Assembly (NCBI GenBank): GCA_951406725.2
Contig: OX597837.1
Location: 40,238,001 to 40,302,000 of the forward strand
Direction of reading: 5' to 3'
Length of the DNA: 64,000 bases
Origin: Octopus vulgaris
Taxonomy: Eukaryota
Position numbers and translations under genes: made by a program. Position 1 is the first letter of the stretch, and the number at the start of each line of letters is the position of its first letter. Of the stretch, positions 58,197-64,000 are shown one piece after another. The notes under the pieces are model-generated. The model searched no databases, had not been told where the DNA came from, and was given only the letters and a program-made list of their open reading frames with translations.

Positions 58197-58471
58197 TGAT
58201 CCGATCAACCGAACAGCTTGCTCGTGAAATTAGCGTGCAAGTGTCTGAACACCCCACAGACACGTGTATCTTCAACGTAGTTTTCAGGAAGATTCAGCGT
58301 GACACAGAGTGTGACAAGGCTGGCCCTTTGAAATACAGGTACTACTCATATTCGCCAGCTGAGTGGGCTGGAGCAACGTGAAATAAAGTGTGTTGCTCAA
58401 GGACGCAACGCGTCGCCGGGAATCGAACTCACGTAAGCCAAGTGCCCTAACCACTAAGCCACGGGCCTTCA
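58197..58471 (-). mobile_element. SINE family D (other copies at about 17870-18092, 32425-32725, 43820-44105)
   Basis: Minus strand has a tRNA-like head (tggcttagtggttagggc...gttcgattcc), CORE-like ccttgagcaa.acactttatttcac and a shared body. Confidence 0.85.
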
Positions 58472-58520
58472 CTAAATAGATACATAATAAGAAATGGATT
58501 TATTGACGTTCTTTATATAA

Positions 58521-58639
58521 AACCACTACAATTGTTTCGACGCATTTTACATTCGTACATTGGTGAGATGAAATAATTATCATATTGTGTAATCGCTAAC
58601 ATCCATCCAATACGTAAAATGTTCTCCCACCGGGTGATT
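58521..58639 (-). ncRNA. Hammerhead relic with mutated core
   Basis: Minus strand: AATCAC-CCGGTGG-GAGAACATTTTAC...GTAAAATGCGTC-GAAAC-AATT-GTA-GTGGTT. Stem I is 6 bp, stem II has an 8-bp perfect segment, and stem III is the palindrome ACAATTGT. The core differs from CTGATGA by three transitions. Confidence 0.5.
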
Positions 58640-59106
58640 GTTTTGAATAATGCCTGTATTAGATCATACTGTGAGAATGAATGACCACAGCCGTATGCTT
58701 TTTACAACAAATAACAGACAAAACTAAACCCACAGACGAAATTATACAATTATAATCGGAAAAAAAACATAGAAATAAAAAATTAATCCAAATATTGTCA
58801 GCTTGGCTATAAATTACAATTCTATTTTTAATGTAAAATTATAGGAAAGAAGAGATGTAGAAAAAAATTAAGAGTTTAAGAAGAAATGATGCGTTAAAAG
58901 ATGAAGACAGATCATTTCTGTGCTAATGAACGCTTTGAAGCATCTTATTTACCCACTGACTCCATTCTACACCCGAGGCAACCTCTATATAATATTAATT
59001 TATAACCGTCCAGCTTTTATATCCTTGTTCGAGACAACTGATAAAATACGTTAGAAGGTAGGTAAATTCTCTCCCGTATATATATGGGTGTATATACATA
59101 CATACA

Positions 59107-59142
<36 letters not shown>

Positions 59143-59232
59143 GTTAATCCAAACAAGAAAGCACATAAAACACAACAACGCGAGGACGTGGGACAAATAT
59201 AGTTATTATTGGACGCTCAGGAAAGAAGGAAG

Positions 59233-59267
59233 GTTTAACGTTTCGGGCGGAGCTCTTCGTCGGAAAC
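59233..59267 (-). ncRNA. Variant or degenerate minimal hammerhead
   Basis: Minus strand: GTTT-CCGACGA-A-GAGC-TCC-GCCC-GAAACGTT-AAAC. Shows U4->C, an extra A after the core, the palindrome AACGTT, and a 4-bp stem I. Confidence 0.55.
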
Positions 59268-59344
59268 ATAGGAGAAGGAGAGATCCAGAGAAGGGAAGAT
59301 AGAGGAAAAAAATCGCCAACGGTACACACGAGGTCACACACACT

Positions 59345-59404
<60 letters not shown>

Positions 59405-59568
59405 AATATATATATGTATATGTATATACACACATGCATGCATACATATATACATATATGCACGTACACAGCCACTACACACATTTTTTCTCTCCTTGTT
59501 TTTTCTGTGTCCCTTTCTGTTTGTTTTCTACACCACCTGTCTTCGTCTTTTGTTTTTTCCTAAACTCT

Positions 59569-59633
<65 letters not shown>

Positions 59634-59742
59634 CATACACATACATTTTTACATATATTTTTTTACATATACTTTTTACATATATATTTTTACTATTATA
59701 GAACCAGGAATTGAAAGTGTGTAATAAAGTAAAATAATCTAG

Positions 59743-59817
<75 letters not shown>

Positions 59818-60362
59818 CTCAAGTATACAAGAACAAGAACATAAATAATTATAATAAATCAAAGTAAAAAAAATTACATGCATATATCTATTTATATATG
59901 AAAAGCTATACATCTCGTACAAGTGTTCTTAACGATTTTAAAAACACAGAAAGAGATAATATTATTTAATAAACAAGATGAATTGTATGCGTAAAGTAAA
60001 ATATACCCACATATAGCTACTTATATATATCTGATATATATATCTATGTTTCGTTTATCTATTTATTTCAGCATTTCCTTTTTATTATAATTGTATTTTG
60101 TTTGACTCTGTATCTATGGGTTTAGTTTTGTCTGCAAATTACTGGAAATAGCACACTGCTCTGGGTATTCATTCTCACACTGAGTGAAACGAGAATATGA
60201 TCTAATAAAGGATTTATTTTAAGCAATTACCTGAGAAAGATTGTCTTACGAATTGGACGGACGCAAGTGATTTATTATATCATCTCACCAATGTCGAAAT
60301 TATTGTAGTGGTTTTATATAACCATTGTCGCTAATTCCATTTCGTACTGTTTATCTATGTGC

Positions 60363-60402
<40 letters not shown>

Positions 60403-60535
60403 AAACACAAATTTCCACACGAAAGCACGTGATCTCTGCCCTTGGCATGTAACTTCAACCGTGTTTTCTGACGTGAATTTGCTACCCAGGTATCGGTTAA
60501 CCGAATTATCCATACTAGGATAATTCATTCAACTA

Positions 60536-60596
<61 letters not shown>

Positions 60597-60642
60597 CAAC
60601 TGATCCGGAACAGCCCACAGCCTGCTCGTGAAATTAACGTGC

Positions 60643-62076
60643 ATAAATACTAAAGTTCATAAATATGAACTTTGGCTTCGAAAAATGTGCCAAAGCAACC
60701 TTGAAAAGAGGAAAACTAATCAAGAGTAGCAAAATCACCCTAGATTAAGCCAATGAAATATGAGAATTAGACGAAAGCCAGACATACAAATATTTGGGAA
60801 TCAATAAACTAGATATGATATAGCACACACAAATGAAAGAGAAAATAAAGAAAGAATACTATAGACGAGTTAGATCAATACTGAAAACAGAGCTCAATGC
60901 TAAAAACAAGATAATAGGTATTAACACATTAGCTGTCCCAGTTATAAGTTACAGCTACAATATCCTTAACAGGGCACTAAATGAACTAACCAAAATAGAC
61001 ACGAAAACAAGAAAAATAATGACAGGATCTAGGATGCACCACCCAAAATCTGACATAGAAAGGCTATATATACAACGTGTAGAAGATGGTAGAGGCCTTA
61101 TACAACTGGAAAACTATTATAAAATATCCACCATAGCACTGCAAAAATACCTACTTCAGAAGGAAGGAAAACTAAAACAAATAGCCAGAAAACACGAGTA
61201 AAACAAAAACTGCATTTAAGGAAGCTGACAAATACAAAGAGGAAGTCATACTACCTAACAAACATGAAGTAGAAGAAGAAACAGCAAAAGCCATAAAACA
61301 AATGAAATCCAAACTAAAACTCGAACAGTAGCGGACCTTGATAAAACGATAGCAAGAAAAGCCCCTTCATGGCAAATACTGGACTAAACTACATACAAAA
61401 GAAATAGGCAGAGAAAAATCCCAGCAATGGTTGAGAAGCTCAGGACTCAAAGCAGAGACTGAAGGATTCTTAATTGCAGCACGACAGAGTTGGGACCTAC
61501 ATACACTGGAAGCTATGCCAACACTATGGAATAACAACAGAAAAAAGATAGTATAGACACACGCCAGAAAAGGTCACAGAAAACGAGAAAGCAACCATAC
61601 TCTGGGATATGCCAATACACACAGATAGAGAAATTAACGCCAATAGACCAGATATAGTTGTCAGAGATCATGAAGAAAATTATGCTTTCTAATTGTTGTA
61701 TCAATACCGTCAGATGACAACGTCTCTCTAAAAGAAATGGAGAAACTTTCAAAATACGAAGACCTGGAATTAGAGGTAACTCGAATGTGGAATGTAAAAA
61801 CAGAAACAATTCCTATCACAGTGGGCGCATTAGGCATGATAAAAAATATTCAGCCAAATGCATAACAAAAACACCAGGACTTACAAACACATATAACATA
61901 CGGAAAATTGCACTACTGGGCACTGCACACATCCTACGCAAAACACTTTCAATATAGTAACCATAAGAACATCACAGCAAACCACAGCACATACCCAAGG
62001 CACACAGAGTTGCGCTCGGTAGTGAAGTGAACGCGCGTTAAAAAAATAAAACTACTGAATAATAATAGTAATAATG

Positions 62077-62125
<49 letters not shown>
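60643..62125 (+). mobile_element. 5'-truncated, degraded R4/Dong-clade non-LTR retrotransposon (RT C-terminus, RLE endonuclease, (AAT)n tail)
   Basis: Peptides MNFGFEKCA, YKYLGI, ELNAKNKIIGINTLAVPVISYS, HPKSDIERLY...GGRGL-like, LKAETEGFLIAA, ILWDMPIHTDREINANRPDIVV and IPITVGALG. Multiple stops and frameshifts; ends in (AAT)n. Confidence 0.92.
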
Positions 62126-62128
<3 letters not shown>

Positions 62129-62618
62129 CATCAACATCGAAAAATACCTTAGGAATGAGAACCCAGTTTCGAAATTTTCCCAAGACACTTGATGAGGACA
62201 AATATCCGTCAAATGTAAATAATGTACATAATTCTGCATCTTTTAAATATAGAACTATTTTTATCTTCTCAACTGTGTAATACAAAACTTAGTTTCACTT
62301 CAATCTGCAGCTATTTTGAAAACATGCAAATTTGAATCCTAAAGTAAATAATCAATCAACTAGCTTCCACTCATTAAAATTATTGGCTTTGCGCCAAAAT
62401 CAGATGCCATTATTATTATTATTAACGTCACTATACATGTTATTTTGGTATTATTATCAGGACTGTAGTTCAAATTCCACCGAGGTCGACTCAGCCCTTA
62501 TCTTTTCGAAGCCGATAAACTAAATACCAGTTGAGCACTGGGATAATGTAATCGAGTCACCCATACCAGTTTGACTTAGCCTTTCGTCCTTTCCAAGTCG
62601 ATAAAGTACCCTTTGATG

Positions 62619-62882
62619 TTCACCTCTTCCCAGCCATGAAGTTGTTTTTGAAAGGAAAGCGTTTCCCAGATGATGCAGCCTTGATTTTTGAATTCACGTC
62701 GTGGTTGAAGGACCAAGCTGGGGTCTTCTACAAAAACGGTCTCCAGAGCTGCATCAAACGATGGGAGAAATGCGTAACTCTGGGTGGTTCCTATGTAGAA
62801 AAAGTCTAATAACTGTGCCAAGTTTCGTTGCTCTACTGCTATGGGAAGTGGGTCAGGGGCATTACTTATTGAACGCCCCTCG
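62619..62882 (+). mobile_element. Mariner transposase C-terminal remnant with right TIR
   Basis: FHLFPAMKLFLKGKRF...FYKNGLQSCIKRWEKCVTLGGSYVEK, then attacttattgaacgcccctcg followed by TA. Confidence 0.9.
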
Positions 62883-63005
62883 TAAGAACCTATCAGATAT
62901 CGATCGCTGTAAACGACTAGCCCCCTCCCCATAACATTTCAAGCTTATGAGTTCTGTGAGAATGTTACAGATAGTAACACGCCGAGCGGTATTTAATTTC
63001 ATGTG

Positions 63006-63695
63006 AACGAAGGCAATATCAGGTTAAGAACATCTACTAACATATATTTAAGTATTTGGACTCACGCGGACCGGTTTCTGCATTGATAAAATAAAACCTT
63101 AGCTTCTTCAGCACTGCCTTCATTTGATTTCTGTAGTTTTCATCAGTGTATTTTTGGACGATTTAATAAGAGCTTTGACTGTTAGTTCTAGCAGGTAGAC
63201 ATACATAGTATGTCCTTTGATTAATTTTAATCCCTCGGCTATTTAATGATATTTTTTGGCCTGCTATCGCCTGTGTCATTGATTCTGTTATTATCATTTT
63301 TTTTAAATAGTTACATTGGATAATAATAGAATTAATAACACCTTCGTAAATTAAATTTTGGTGAATTATTTTTTTCGTAAATTGTATCGAGATTATTTGA
63401 CACTGGTGGCTTCTGGGATTTCGGCGCGAAACAAATCAATTGCAGCACACACTTCGAAGTGATGGGTTGGGAGTCTCTATTCGTGGTAACGCGTGCTGAA
63501 GACGCTAAGGCTTAATTTTACCAATGCAGAAACCAAATACTTAAGTCCAAATACTTAAGTGTATGTTAGTAGATGTTCTTAAACTTATTTTGCCTTCGTT
63601 TGATTTCTGTAGTTGTCATCAGTGTATTTTTTAGCGATTTAATGAGTTTTGAGTGTTATTTCTAGCAGGTAAACATTTGATTAATTTTAATCCCT

Positions 63696-63700
<5 letters not shown>
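63006..63700. repeat. Local duplication with partial inversion (X inverted + Y ... X + Y)
   Basis: 63006-63114 is the reverse complement of about 63493-63600, and 63115-63240 is a direct copy of about 63591-63700. Confidence 0.85.
63063..63114 (-). ncRNA. Degenerate hammerhead in a duplicated and inverted segment
   Basis: Minus strand: GTG-CTGAAGA-AGC...GCA-GAAACCGGTC-CGCGTG, with palindrome ACCGGT and a GUC triplet. The second copy (63490-63535, +) keeps CGCGTG-CTGAAGA...GCAGAAAC but has lost the cleavage site. Confidence 0.5.
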
Positions 63701-63733
<33 letters not shown>

Positions 63734-64000
63734 TTTCTGGGGAGCAAGTAAAGGACCAGTGTAAAAGAATTGCCCGAAAACCATTAAGTACTTACTGCGG
63801 AGAGACTTCACGTTGCTCCAGTCCACTCAGCTGGCAAAAATGAGTAACGCTGCGATGGACTGGCGTCTCGTCCAGCTGGGGAACACATACGCCATTGAAA
63901 CCGGGAAACCGGGCCCATGAGCCTGGCTAGGCTTTAAAAGGGCACAATTATTTATATTATATTATATTGTATTATTTAAAATAAGTATCATTTAAGCACT

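Overview
AT-rich, repeat-saturated eukaryotic non-coding DNA (intronic or intergenic). The mix of tRNA-derived SINEs, very long (TA)n/(CA)n/(CATA)n/(TATC)n/(AAT)n tracts and an intron-containing tRNA-Lys(UUU) suggests a mollusc, probably a coleoid cephalopod such as Octopus; this is inferred, not proven. No host protein-coding gene could be supported, and nearly all ORFs in the track are microsatellite or SINE artefacts. Recognisable content: four SINE families (labelled A-D here), remnants of R4/Dong-type RLE LINEs, an RTE 3' end, a Penelope GIY-YIG fragment, mariner, pogo/Tigger, Helitron and hAT fragments, and one intron-containing tRNA-Lys gene or pseudogene. The most interesting signal is a set of unrelated minimal type I hammerhead ribozymes. 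Two fold convincingly (4147-4229 minus, 23142-23207 plus) and about six more are degenerate. Several sit in fold-back inverted repeats whose breakpoint lies inside the ribozyme, next to (TA)n/(CA)n tracts. A second signal is SINE multimers with a fixed 184/217-bp permuted unit at several independent loci. Repeat boundaries are approximate (about +/-10 bp) unless motif positions are quoted.
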